NCBI GenBank assembly: GCA_030592285.1
Contig: JAUVJU010000003.1
Coordinates: 1-38,716, forward strand
Length of the DNA: 38,716 bases
Direction of reading: 5' to 3'
From: a candidate division WOR-3 bacterium
GTDB taxonomy: Bacteria > Hydrothermota > 32-111
The notes under the pieces were generated by a model. That model had not been told where the DNA came from, searched no databases, and worked only from the letters and a program-made list of their open reading frames with translations. A program made the translations under genes and the position numbers. Below are positions 18,402 to 27,901 of this stretch, piece by piece (position 1 is the first letter of the stretch; every line of letters starts with the position of its first letter).

Positions 18402-18989
18402 TTATAAGTCAATAGATGACTTCTTTATTGCCCATATAACAGAAGAGGCAATAATGATTTTTATAATATCACCTGCAATAAATGGGAAAAAAGCCATTTG
18501 AAGTAAAGTAAAGAATTTTGGTATTGAACTCAGCATATTTGTAAAAATGCCAAGCTGAATAACTCCGGGAATATATATGCAGGAAAAATTTATAAGAGCT
18601 AATAAAACAATTGTTCTTACATATGATAATCTCATATTCTTTAATTTACCAGCTAAAAAAGCTGTCATTGTAAATCCAATTAAATAACCGCCCGTTGGTC
18701 CGAATATTGCCATAATGCCGGGATTGTTTACACTGAACAGTGAAAAAATAAAAGTGCCGGCAAATAAATATATGATCTGTGCTCCCATGCCCCACAAAGA
18801 ACCAAGCATTAATCCGGACAAAAGTACTGCAAATGTTTGAAGCGTAATGGGTACAGGAGTAAATGGCAGATATATCCTTGCCTGAGCAGAAAGAGCTGTT
18901 ATGCCCGCAAACAATATTGCCCCAAGCATTTTTTTTATTAAACTATTTGTGTTTATTGAAATAATGGTCTTTCTTACAATTGATATCAT
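18402..18989 (-). CDS. bioY: Biotin transporter BioY
   Basis: PFTPVPITLQT, GPTGGYLIGF, PFIAGDIIK. Confidence 0.92.
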   Translation of the reverse strand: MISIVRKTIISINTNSLIKKMLGAILFAGITALSAQARIYLPFTPVPITLQTFAVLLSGLMLGSLWGMGAQIIYLFAGTFIFSLFSVNNPGIMAIFGPTGGYLIGFTMTAFLAGKLKNMRLSYVRTIVLLALINFSCIYIPGVIQLGIFTNMLSSIPKFFTLLQMAFFPFIAGDIIKIIIASSVIWAIKKSSIDL

Positions 18990-19088
18990 TTATATTCTCC
19001 TTGTTTTATATTCTTAATAGCATTTTTTAAAAATAAGTCAATAGAGAAAGCAATATTGTATTTATAGGAAACTATTGTTTTTCATATA

Positions 19089-19152
19089 TACAAATTTGCA
19101 AAGTATTGAAAAAAAGTACCGTACAAATTTGCAAAGCATTGAAAAAAAGTAC
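19089..19152 (+). repeat. Tandem direct repeat, 2 x 31 bp at 33-bp period, abutting the -35 of the ATPase gene
   Basis: TACAAATTTGCAAAG(T/C)ATTGAAAAAAAGTAC at 19089 and 19122, one mismatch. Confidence 0.9.
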
Positions 19153-19180
19153 TTGACAATAAGGAGATAATTGATAAAAT
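19153..19180 (+). promoter_or_regulatory. Sigma70 promoter, apparently leaderless
   Basis: TTGACA-16-TAAAAT with TGn extension; ATG 6 nt later. Confidence 0.7.
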
Positions 19181-19186
19181 TTATTT

Positions 19187-20383
19187 ATGAATAGAAAAAC
19201 ATATATTACATTATGGAAGGAAATAAACAAAGACGGTAAACCAATATTGATTATAGGACCAAGGCAGGTAGGAAAAACCACTCTTGCAAATCAGATTAGT
19301 AAGAAATATAAAAATTCATTTTACTATAATTATGATGAGTATCCTTTAAAAGTATTAAACAAGCCATATTTTTATGAGGAATTGAATAGAAGGGATTCAT
19401 CAAAACCACTAATTATATTTGATGAAATACACAAATTCTATAAATGGAAATCATATATAAAGGGTGTTTATGATAAAGATTCTTCCAAATATGATTTTAT
19501 TCTTACTGGAAGCGGGAGAATGGATTTGTATCAAAAGGGAGGAGATGCACTTACAGGACGAAAAAACAATTTATATCTTTTTCCATTTACATTAAGTGAA
19601 TTTTGTAAAAGAAGAAAAGTAGAAGGATTTTTATATGATCCTATGAATTTTATTAATTACAGCAAAAATAAAGAATCATATAAATTAATGAATATTTTTC
19701 TAGATATTTCTCCTTTCCCGGAGCCATTTTTAAAAAACAATAAAAGATTTTATAGAAGATGGAAAAAAGATTACAGAACACAATTAGTAAGGCAGGATAT
19801 AAGAGATGCTAGCAATATAATGGATATAATTAAACTAGAAAATCTGCTGTTATATATTCCTGAAAATGTATCATCAAATCTTTCATATCTTTCATGTGCT
19901 AAAATGCTTGAGGTCTCACCAAATACAATAAAGAAATGGCTATATCATTTGTCATCTTTTTTTCTTATATTTAGCATTATGCCTTACACAAAAACATCAA
20001 AAGCACTTCTGAAAGAAAAAAAATATTATATGTATGATTATGGGGTTGTAAATAATTTAGGTGCTAAATTTGAAAACATGATTGCTCTTGAATTATTAAG
20101 ATTAATTAACAATTTGAATGACTTGGGAGTTGATAATTTTGAGTTAAGATATATTAAAAATAGATTAGGAGAAGAAGTTGATTTTATTATACTTAAAAAT
20201 AATACCCCATTTTTATTAATAGAAGCAAAATATAATAATGATAATTTCAGTAAAACATTGTTAAAGTTTAGTGAAATATTTAATATAGCTGGAATTCAAT
20301 TAACAAATAAAAAAAATATTTATAGATTGAAAAACAAATGTGTACTTGTAAGTGCAAATAATTTTCTTTCTTCTTTGCCTTAA
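19187..20383 (+). CDS. AAA_14 / DUF4143-family ATPase with HTH and a C-terminal PD-(D/E)xK-like motif
   Basis: GPRQVGKT, IIFDEIH, LTGS, LTGR, KYYMYDYG, FEN, EVDFII..LIEAK. Confidence 0.88.
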   Translation: MNRKTYITLWKEINKDGKPILIIGPRQVGKTTLANQISKKYKNSFYYNYDEYPLKVLNKPYFYEELNRRDSSKPLIIFDEIHKFYKWKSYIKGVYDKDSSKYDFILTGSGRMDLYQKGGDALTGRKNNLYLFPFTLSEFCKRRKVEGFLYDPMNFINYSKNKESYKLMNIFLDISPFPEPFLKNNKRFYRRWKKDYRTQLVRQDIRDASNIMDIIKLENLLLYIPENVSSNLSYLSCAKMLEVSPNTIKKWLYHLSSFFLIFSIMPYTKTSKALLKEKKYYMYDYGVVNNLGAKFENMIALELLRLINNLNDLGVDNFELRYIKNRLGEEVDFIILKNNTPFLLIEAKYNNDNFSKTLLKFSEIFNIAGIQLTNKKNIYRLKNKCVLVSANNFLSSLP

Positions 20384-20637
20384 TGTAAAAATGCTATAAT
20401 TTTTTCATATTTAATGTGGAATAAGAAATATATACTTGAGGGACTATTATTCTTATCGGTTTTAAAAGTTAAATTGCAACGGAACTCATCTTACCGTCAT
20501 TATTAGGATGTTCTATTGTTGTGCTATTTACAACATAGACTTTTTGCCGGAAAAGAAGGGTTCATTTGTTATTAAAGTGAATACCATTGAATATGTAGAA
20601 AGAACCCAGCATTTTACATTTTTTTGGATTTTGGAGG

Positions 20638-20702
20638 TTGACAAAAAAGAAAAAGCAAATATATTATCATTAGTTCTACCAATTCAATAGAACAAGTAGA
20701 AC
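20638..20702 (+). promoter_or_regulatory. Promoter and probable Rrf2 operator
   Basis: TTGACA at 20638, TATATT/TATTAT at about 20660-20667, then the inverted repeat GTTCTA-N9-TAGAAC (20673-20693) and an extra GTAGAAC half-site. Confidence 0.55.
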
Positions 20703-20714
20703 AAAGGAGAAATA

Positions 20715-21125
20715 ATGAAATTATCAACAAGAGCAAGATATGGATTAAGAGCAATGATCGTATTAGCAGAGAATTTTGATAAAAAACCTGTATTATTAAA
20801 GGAAATTGCTAAAGAAGAGGGTTTATCAATGAAATATCTTGATCATATTCTAAGACCATTAAAAGCAAAAAATCTTGTAAGACGCGTTCATAATGGATAT
20901 GTGCTTACAAAAAAGCCAAGGAATATATCATCATATGAAATTATTTCAACACTTGAAGGAGATAATTATCCTGTTGAATGTGCTATGCATCCTGAAAATT
21001 GTGATAAATCAAAACAATGTGTAACACGGGATTTATGGAAAAAGATCAATGATTCATATATAGAGATTCTATCAAAAAGTACTCTTGCCGATTTCATTAA
21101 TAAAAAAGGAGAGAAAAATGGATAA
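20715..21125 (+). CDS. Rrf2-family regulator (IscR-like, three Cys)
   Basis: MKLSTRARYGLRAM, YLDHI, GYVL, LEG, C-x6-C-x5-C. Confidence 0.9.
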   Translation: MKLSTRARYGLRAMIVLAENFDKKPVLLKEIAKEEGLSMKYLDHILRPLKAKNLVRRVHNGYVLTKKPRNISSYEIISTLEGDNYPVECAMHPENCDKSKQCVTRDLWKKINDSYIEILSKSTLADFINKKGEKNG

Positions 21126-22278
21126 AATATATTTTGATAATAGTTCCAGTACAAGAATGGATGAAAGAGTATTAGCAGAAATGGAACCATATCTATTTGA
21201 TTCATATGCTACCCCTACAAGTGATTTTGGCTATTCAATGGGAACAGATGCAAAGGATGCATTAAGGATATCGCGTGAAACTATTGCTAAAAGCATTAAT
21301 GCATTAACCAAGGAAATTGTATTTACTTCGGGATTTACAGAATCCAATAATTTGGCAATAAAAGGCATTCTTAAAAAACTAAAAAATAAAAAACACATAA
21401 TAATTTCCACAATTGAAGATTTTTCTATTCTCAATACTGTGAAAATGCTTGAAAAAGATGGATACAAAGTAACATATATTGGTGTTGATGAATATGGCTT
21501 ATTAAATATTAATGAATTGAAGAATGCCTTAAGGGATGATACAGCTATTGTTTCCATTCAGACAGCTAATCAGGAAATAGGTACATTGCAGAACATTAAA
21601 GAGATTGCAGAAATTGTTAAGAAAAAAAACATTCTTCTCCATACAGATGCCACACATGCATTTATGAGAATTCCTATTAATGTAAAGGAATGGAATCTTG
21701 ATTTAATGACCATTGATGCATATACAATTCATGGTCCCAGAGGGATTGGTGCCTTATATATAAAAAAAGGAACACCCATTAAAAAAATCATGGATGGCGG
21801 TTATCAGGAATTTGATAAAAGAGCAGGTCCGGAAAATATTCCATCTGCTGTTGGTTTTGCAAAAGCTGTAAAATTAGTTACTAAGGATGAAAATATTGAA
21901 TTAGAAAAGATGAGGGATTATATAATTAAAAGAATTATAAATGAAATCCCTGATACAATAATAAATGGTCATCCAACAAAAAGAATTCCTCACAATGCAA
22001 ATATAACATTTCATTATGTTGAGGGTGAATCAATCACACTTCATCTTGATATGAGAGGGATTGCCGTAAGTACAGGATCAGCATGTTTTAGCAAATCGCT
22101 TGAGGCAAGTCATGTTATTCTTGGAATTGGTGGAGATCATGAAAGAGCACATGGATCAGTAAGATTTACATTTGGTAGATTCAATACAAAGAAGGAGATT
22201 GATGAAACCGTCTTGGCATTAAAAGAAATCATTGAAATATTAAGAAAGATCAGTCCAATAAAAAAAGCGGAGGCATAA
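21118..22278 (+). CDS. iscS: IscS/NifS-like cysteine desulfurase homologue with a degenerate PLP site
   Basis: YFDNSSST, FTSGFTESN, NQEIGT, STGSAC, SHVI, GSVRFTFG. The SxHK motif reads DAYT. Start ATG 21118 after an AGGAG SD. Confidence 0.85.
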   Translation: MDKIYFDNSSSTRMDERVLAEMEPYLFDSYATPTSDFGYSMGTDAKDALRISRETIAKSINALTKEIVFTSGFTESNNLAIKGILKKLKNKKHIIISTIEDFSILNTVKMLEKDGYKVTYIGVDEYGLLNINELKNALRDDTAIVSIQTANQEIGTLQNIKEIAEIVKKKNILLHTDATHAFMRIPINVKEWNLDLMTIDAYTIHGPRGIGALYIKKGTPIKKIMDGGYQEFDKRAGPENIPSAVGFAKAVKLVTKDENIELEKMRDYIIKRIINEIPDTIINGHPTKRIPHNANITFHYVEGESITLHLDMRGIAVSTGSACFSKSLEASHVILGIGGDHERAHGSVRFTFGRFNTKKEIDETVLALKEIIEILRKISPIKKAEA

Positions 22279-22914
22279 ATGAGCTTACCATATTCAGAAA
22301 AGGTAATTGAACATTTTAAACATCCAAGAAATGTTGGGAAAATAGACAATCCAGACGGAAAGGCAATAGAAGGCAGTGCTGCATGTGGAGATATGGTTGC
22401 AGTGTATATTAAGGTTGATAAGGATTCAAAAAGGATTGAGAATATTAAATTCCAATCATATGGATGTGCATCAAATATTGCAACAGGATCTATTGTTACA
22501 GAGCTTGCAAAGGGAAAAACAATTGATGAGGCAAAAGATATATCATGGCAGCAGGCAGCAGATGAACTGGGTGGATTACCTCCAATAAAACAACATTGTT
22601 CAGTACTTGCAGTTGATGGATTAAGGGCAGCCATTAATAATTATGAAGAGAAAAATGGGCTTATTAAGAATAAAAAAGCTACTACAATTGAAATCATTAA
22701 TAAGCGATTAAAACATGTAATGAACCCTATTACAGGATTGGATGTAGTAAAAACAAATTTAATAAAGAAGGTAGAATTAATAAATAAAGAAATAATTGTA
22801 ATTATGGATATTCCTTCAAATCATCAATTTGCAAATTCTCTAAAAGAAGACATTGTTGAAAAACTGGAAGCACTTTGGGATATTGAAAGAGTAAAAGTAG
22901 AATTTACAGAATAA
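22279..22914 (+). CDS. iscU: IscU/NifU-N scaffold fused to a C-terminal DUF59 (FeS_assembly_P)-like domain
   Basis: YSEKVIEHFKHPRNVG, CGD, GC, LPPIKQHCS; tail LKHVMNPITGLDVVKTNLIK. Confidence 0.85.
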   Translation: MSLPYSEKVIEHFKHPRNVGKIDNPDGKAIEGSAACGDMVAVYIKVDKDSKRIENIKFQSYGCASNIATGSIVTELAKGKTIDEAKDISWQQAADELGGLPPIKQHCSVLAVDGLRAAINNYEEKNGLIKNKKATTIEIINKRLKHVMNPITGLDVVKTNLIKKVELINKEIIVIMDIPSNHQFANSLKEDIVEKLEALWDIERVKVEFTE

Positions 22915-22917
22915 GTA

Positions 22918-23067
22918 ATACAAATCATACTAAATGTTTTTAAAGAAACATGTTTTTTGCTTTTAGAAATGTCACCATATGTACTATTTGGTTTTCTTAT
23001 TGCAGGACCTGCAACAAATACAGCAACAATTTCATTTATATATGGAAAATTTGGAAAAAATATTTAA
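22918..23067 (+). pseudogene. Internally deleted remnant of an ArsP/DUF318 (SO_0444-like) permease
   Basis: Reads IQIILNVFKETCFLLLEMSPYVLFGFLIAGPATNTATISFIYGKFGKNI*. The family's N-terminal EMSPY..GFLIAG motif runs directly into its late AGPATN motif. Confidence 0.7.
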
Positions 23068-23175
23068 CAATAGATTTAAGAGATACTATTGCTGTTGACT
23101 AAGAATGGTAACATATTTATAATATATTTATGAATAATGAAATAAATTCTAAAAAATCGTTAAAATAAGCATAAA

Positions 23176-23940
23176 ATGTTATATTTAGGAACAAGCGGAT
23201 ACCATTATAAAGAATGGATTGGAACTGTTTATCCTGAAACAACAAAGATAAAAACAATGTTTAATGAATATATTAATATCGGATTTAATACTGTTGAATT
23301 GAATTTCTCATATTACAGGCAGCCATCAGAAAAGATGATAAGAGATTTTTCCTTAAAGGCTCCTAAAGGGTTTAAATACATCATAAAGGCATATAAAGGA
23401 ATAACACATATATTTGAAGGCAATGAAATAATTAAAGATTACGTGAGTAATTACAGAAAAGGGAATGTGAAGAATAATTATGAAGGTGTATTATTTCAAT
23501 TTCCGGAATCATTTCATTTTAATAAGAAAAATTTGGAAATAATTAAAGAAAGAGTAAAGTATTTTGAAGATATTCCTTCATATATTGAATTCAGGGGTAG
23601 TGATTGGAATAGAGAAGATGTCTATGATTTTCTTAGAAAGAATAAAATGAATTATGTAATAACAGATTTACCAGAAAAAACCAATTTGCATAAAAGGGAA
23701 TTAAGATTAACTGATAAGAATGCATATTACCGTTTACATGGAAGAAATGATGACTGGTATAATCCAAAGGAACGGTATCATTATAATTATAATGATGATG
23801 AACTAAAAATATTTGCTTCGGAAATTAAGATGATTTCAAAAAAGGCAATAAATGTTTTTGTATTTTTTAATAATTGTCATGGTGGCTTTGCATTAACAAA
23901 TGCATTAAAAACAAAGCAAATGATTGGGGATTCTATTTAA
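23176..23940 (+). CDS. DUF72 (YecE-like) protein
   Basis: GTSGY, VELNFSYYR, LFQFP, EFR, YYRLHGRN, FFNN. Confidence 0.9.
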   Translation: MLYLGTSGYHYKEWIGTVYPETTKIKTMFNEYINIGFNTVELNFSYYRQPSEKMIRDFSLKAPKGFKYIIKAYKGITHIFEGNEIIKDYVSNYRKGNVKNNYEGVLFQFPESFHFNKKNLEIIKERVKYFEDIPSYIEFRGSDWNREDVYDFLRKNKMNYVITDLPEKTNLHKRELRLTDKNAYYRLHGRNDDWYNPKERYHYNYNDDELKIFASEIKMISKKAINVFVFFNNCHGGFALTNALKTKQMIGDSI

Positions 23941-26900
23941 GAATATCAATCTTTATTTTGTATTTATAACTTTTTTTTATAGAATATAATTTTTTATACA
24001 ATTTTAATGATTTAATTTTATATGATTTTTTATTAGTTAATCGGTATAATTCAAAGAGGATCTCGGCCTGATTTTCATCATCTTTATACTTATTTAACAT
24101 ATTTTCTAAACAAGAAATTGCAGAATCATTATTTAAAAGTATATCTGATTTTACTTTTATAAATTCAATGTCAAAACTATGAGATTTGAAAAAATCGGTT
24201 AATGAATATTTTTCAATTTTCTTGATTATCTTATATATATTCTTATTCTTTTGTTCATAAAAGATCTCTGCTTTACATAAAAGACCTTTAATTAAACGAT
24301 CATCAACATTTAATGCTTTTGCTTTTTTAATCACTTTGTCTAAGTATTTGATTGCAATTTTGTATTCGCCTGTTATTTTATAAATTGAAACAAGATCAAA
24401 ATATATCGTAGAAAGTCTTTGATCTTCTTTCAATTCTTTTGCAAGAATTAGAGCTTTATTAAGATAATTAAGAGATTTTGATAGATCACCTATTTCAAAG
24501 TAAACATCACCAAGATTTGACAATACAGTTCTAATCCCACCTTTATCACCAATGCTCACTGCAAGATCATAGCTTAGATTATAAAATTTTAATGCTTCAG
24601 AATAATTTCCTTTTAATGTATAAATACTACCAAGATTATTTTGTAGAATTCTAATCACATATCTTTCTCCCAATTTATTGTTTTTTATGAGTAGTTTTTT
24701 GTATAAATCTTCAGCATTATCAAGATTTCCTTTAAGAAACTGGATATTTGCAATGTTGGTCAAAGCAGGAATTCTTTTCAGTCCCATTTTATTTGATATT
24801 TTTTTACTTTTATTAAAAAGCATAAGAGCTTTACTATAATTACCTTTATATTGATATATTAAGCCCATATTATTATATGTTAAGGCCTTATCAAATAGAA
24901 GTTTCTTCTCGCTTTTCTCGTTTTTTTCAATAAACAATAAATTCATATTGTAATAATACAATGCTTTTTCAAAATTGCCCAAATTACCATAAGCAATGCC
25001 ATAATTATTGTAAGTCCCCGAAATACCAACTTTTTCATTAGTCTTATTATATTTTTCTAAAGCCCTTTTAAATAACTTAATTGCATATTCATTATTGCCC
25101 AATCTTATTGATATATACCCATGTCTGTTTTCGGCATCTGCAATAATTAATTCATTTTTCAATTTATTCCCAATTCTTTTTATAGTTTTATAGATTTCAA
25201 TAGATTCTTTCCATCTACCTATTATTTCATAAATCTCCCCAATCTTCATTTTAATTGAAACAATTTTTCTGTTTTTCTTTTCATATTTTAATAATCTTTC
25301 ATATAGGGAAACAGCATCCTCATTTTTAAAATTTTCCTTTGCAAAATCACCGGCTAATAATAAATATTGTTTTGCTTCATTTTTCATTTCTGCCTGTTCA
25401 TAATGAAAAGCAATATCACTATAAAAATTTTTATTATTAATAAAGACCTTTTCCATTGTAATGGCAGCAATTTTATGCAATTTTTTTAACTGCTTTTTCA
25501 TTTGCATATTGTATGCAGCATCACGAAGCAAGCTATGTTTGAATAAATATTTTATTTGGGAAACAGCATTCCACAAATTTTCCTGTTCTCCCGTTTTCAA
25601 GATGGGTTTAATATTACTTTTACCTGATAGCATTGATGATAAAATATTAATATTAAATTCATTTCCAAGCACTGAGGCACTTTGAATAAGATTTCTTAAT
25701 TTTTGCGATAATCTATCTATTCGTGAAATTAGAATGGGATATATTCCCGAAGGAATATCAATATTAACTGCTTTTAATGAATATATATTGTTTTTTAATT
25801 CAATATATCTATTTTCAAATAAATACAAACAGAACTGTTCCATAAAAAAAGGATTGCTCTGCGTTTTTTTAAGGATCAAAGAATGCAATTTCTTATCAGT
25901 TTCATATCCTAACTGTAATTTCACAAATTCCTCAGTTTCTTCAGACTCAATTTTTTTAAGAATAATTTCTGAAACAAAAATATCCTTAATCGCCAACCTT
26001 GGTTTTTCGCCATTATCAAAGAATCTACTTGAAACCAAAAAAACACAAGGAAATTGATTTATATCATTGAATAATTGTAATAATAATTTATTTGAATCAG
26101 AATCCATCCATTGCAAATCCTCAATAATAATAATAAGCGGCTTGATGAGTGACAGGATCTTTATAAATGATATTATTCCAATAAGAAGATTATTAAACTT
26201 TGCCTTTGGATCAAGGGATAAAAGGTGGGATTCTTTGGTCTTAATATTCAAAAACTCGGCAATGATTTCTCTTCTGTCAATCAATTCGCGAAGTAATGCT
26301 TTTGCTTTTCTAGTATGAATTTTCCCTGCTGTTTCAATTAATTCATCAAATTTAGTATTAAATAATTTATTATTTTCTTTATTGGAATTGCTTTCATTTA
26401 CAGAAAAATATTTTTTAAGCATATATTCAAAAGGATTTAAACTTTTTTTAAGAATATTATCAGTTTTAAGAATAATCCTATTTGATTTTGATTTATACTC
26501 TTCAATAGAATTAAATATAATTCTTGTTTTACCAATACCAACATCTCCGTATACATAAACCAAGCCGCCATATTTGTTATTATTAATATGATTTAAGTGT
26601 TTAGAAATTAATTTTGATTCCCTTTTTCTGCCAACAAATTTTCCAGAGTAAAAAAACTCATCCTGAATATTTAGATTTCCAAGTAATTTATACAATTGGG
26701 TTTCTTTTGATTTTCCTTTAAAAGTAATGCTTCCTAAATACTCAATGTTATGGGACATCTGAATTTTTCTTCCTACATTTTCAGAAATCCATATTTCTCC
26801 CCAATCTGCTTTACTCATAAATCTTGCAGCCAAATTGACATTGTCACCCAAAACAGTATAAGTTGCTCTTATATTAGATCCAACAAGACCGGCATATACG

Positions 26901-27856
26901 GTTCCATAGGATAAGCCGGCCTTTATATCATTCCCATACAATTTTTTTATTTCCAAAACAAAGTCAATTGCCCGTATCATATTATTCTCATGTGAAATAG
27001 GAGCACCAAATAGTATAAGTACAAGATTATTCTTATCTCCAAAATCCAGTAAATTAAAATAACCGCCATAATTATCAGATAATGTAATGATTGTTGTGAT
27101 GAATTCATTTAATTTTTTAAAATCACTTAATTTCTTAAATTGCATAAAAACAGATACTACTTGTCTAAACTCACTCTTATTTTTATTTAATACATTGAAG
27201 GAAAAATACTGATTCAAAATCTTTTTGGAAATAATTTGCTTTTTAGGATGAAATGATTGTGATTTGACTTTATATTGTTTAAGTTTGAAAAAGCCATTCC
27301 TATTTTTAATTAATATTTTTTTTGTTTTCAATAATTTTGCAGCAGAACCATGTAATAATATTTCTCCAGGTTTTGTACAATGTTCTGCATTAACAGCATT
27401 ATTTATTGAATTACCCTTAAAAAAGAATGTTCTATGGTTTTCTTTACCAAGAATTCCCCAATTTAATAAACCATGTGAAATTCCAATTTTTAATGAAATT
27501 GATAAGCCCTTTATAAGCTTGGATTTGATCTTATAATTAGTATAGATATTCTGGATCTCACAGGCACAGTTAGAAACGGTATCCATTGCTGTATTAGGAA
27601 AGATTGCTGTAAAAGCATCGCCTGCAAAAGTAGAAATAAAACCATTGTTTGAGTATATTACATCAATCATTTGACCAAACACCTTGTTTATTATTGAAGA
27701 TAATTCTTCTGCTCCTGCTTTTCCATGAGAAGAAAGCTGTTCGGTTATGGAAGTGAACCCGGAAATATCAAGAAACATAACGGATGCCTTAAACGAACCA
27801 TTATACTCCTTGTGTTTTTCCTTTTCGGCAATGAATACAGGAATATAATTTATCAT
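23933..27856 (-). CDS. Soluble adenylyl cyclase-like protein: tandem class III cyclase domains + STAND P-loop NTPase + TPRs
   Basis: FLDISGFT, FAGDA, GDNVNLAARFM; FVGR, GDVGIGKT, IIEDLQWMD, NPFF, FKHSLLRD; C-terminal TPR repeats. Confidence 0.9.
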   Translation of the reverse strand: MINYIPVFIAEKEKHKEYNGSFKASVMFLDISGFTSITEQLSSHGKAGAEELSSIINKVFGQMIDVIYSNNGFISTFAGDAFTAIFPNTAMDTVSNCACEIQNIYTNYKIKSKLIKGLSISLKIGISHGLLNWGILGKENHRTFFFKGNSINNAVNAEHCTKPGEILLHGSAAKLLKTKKILIKNRNGFFKLKQYKVKSQSFHPKKQIISKKILNQYFSFNVLNKNKSEFRQVVSVFMQFKKLSDFKKLNEFITTIITLSDNYGGYFNLLDFGDKNNLVLILFGAPISHENNMIRAIDFVLEIKKLYGNDIKAGLSYGTVYAGLVGSNIRATYTVLGDNVNLAARFMSKADWGEIWISENVGRKIQMSHNIEYLGSITFKGKSKETQLYKLLGNLNIQDEFFYSGKFVGRKRESKLISKHLNHINNNKYGGLVYVYGDVGIGKTRIIFNSIEEYKSKSNRIILKTDNILKKSLNPFEYMLKKYFSVNESNSNKENNKLFNTKFDELIETAGKIHTRKAKALLRELIDRREIIAEFLNIKTKESHLLSLDPKAKFNNLLIGIISFIKILSLIKPLIIIIEDLQWMDSDSNKLLLQLFNDINQFPCVFLVSSRFFDNGEKPRLAIKDIFVSEIILKKIESEETEEFVKLQLGYETDKKLHSLILKKTQSNPFFMEQFCLYLFENRYIELKNNIYSLKAVNIDIPSGIYPILISRIDRLSQKLRNLIQSASVLGNEFNINILSSMLSGKSNIKPILKTGEQENLWNAVSQIKYLFKHSLLRDAAYNMQMKKQLKKLHKIAAITMEKVFINNKNFYSDIAFHYEQAEMKNEAKQYLLLAGDFAKENFKNEDAVSLYERLLKYEKKNRKIVSIKMKIGEIYEIIGRWKESIEIYKTIKRIGNKLKNELIIADAENRHGYISIRLGNNEYAIKLFKRALEKYNKTNEKVGISGTYNNYGIAYGNLGNFEKALYYYNMNLLFIEKNEKSEKKLLFDKALTYNNMGLIYQYKGNYSKALMLFNKSKKISNKMGLKRIPALTNIANIQFLKGNLDNAEDLYKKLLIKNNKLGERYVIRILQNNLGSIYTLKGNYSEALKFYNLSYDLAVSIGDKGGIRTVLSNLGDVYFEIGDLSKSLNYLNKALILAKELKEDQRLSTIYFDLVSIYKITGEYKIAIKYLDKVIKKAKALNVDDRLIKGLLCKAEIFYEQKNKNIYKIIKKIEKYSLTDFFKSHSFDIEFIKVKSDILLNNDSAISCLENMLNKYKDDENQAEILFELYRLTNKKSYKIKSLKLYKKLYSIKKSYKYKIKIDILK

Positions 27857-27901
27857 AATACAGATTATACATTTAATTTGAAAATTAACAAGACTTAATA
27901 G

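Noticed and set aside
18990-19080. BirA operator upstream of bioY
   Set aside because: No TGTAAAC-N14/16-GTTTACA-like dyad is visible.
19089-19152. 31-bp direct repeat as a mini CRISPR array
   Set aside because: Only two units separated by 2 bp, so no spacer, and no cas genes in the window.
20384-20690. 60-aa ORF 20508-20690 and surrounding intergenic DNA as a gene or ncRNA
   Set aside because: The ORF runs through the rrf2 promoter and has no recognisable motif, and I see no convincing structure. It may be a decayed gene, but I cannot support that.
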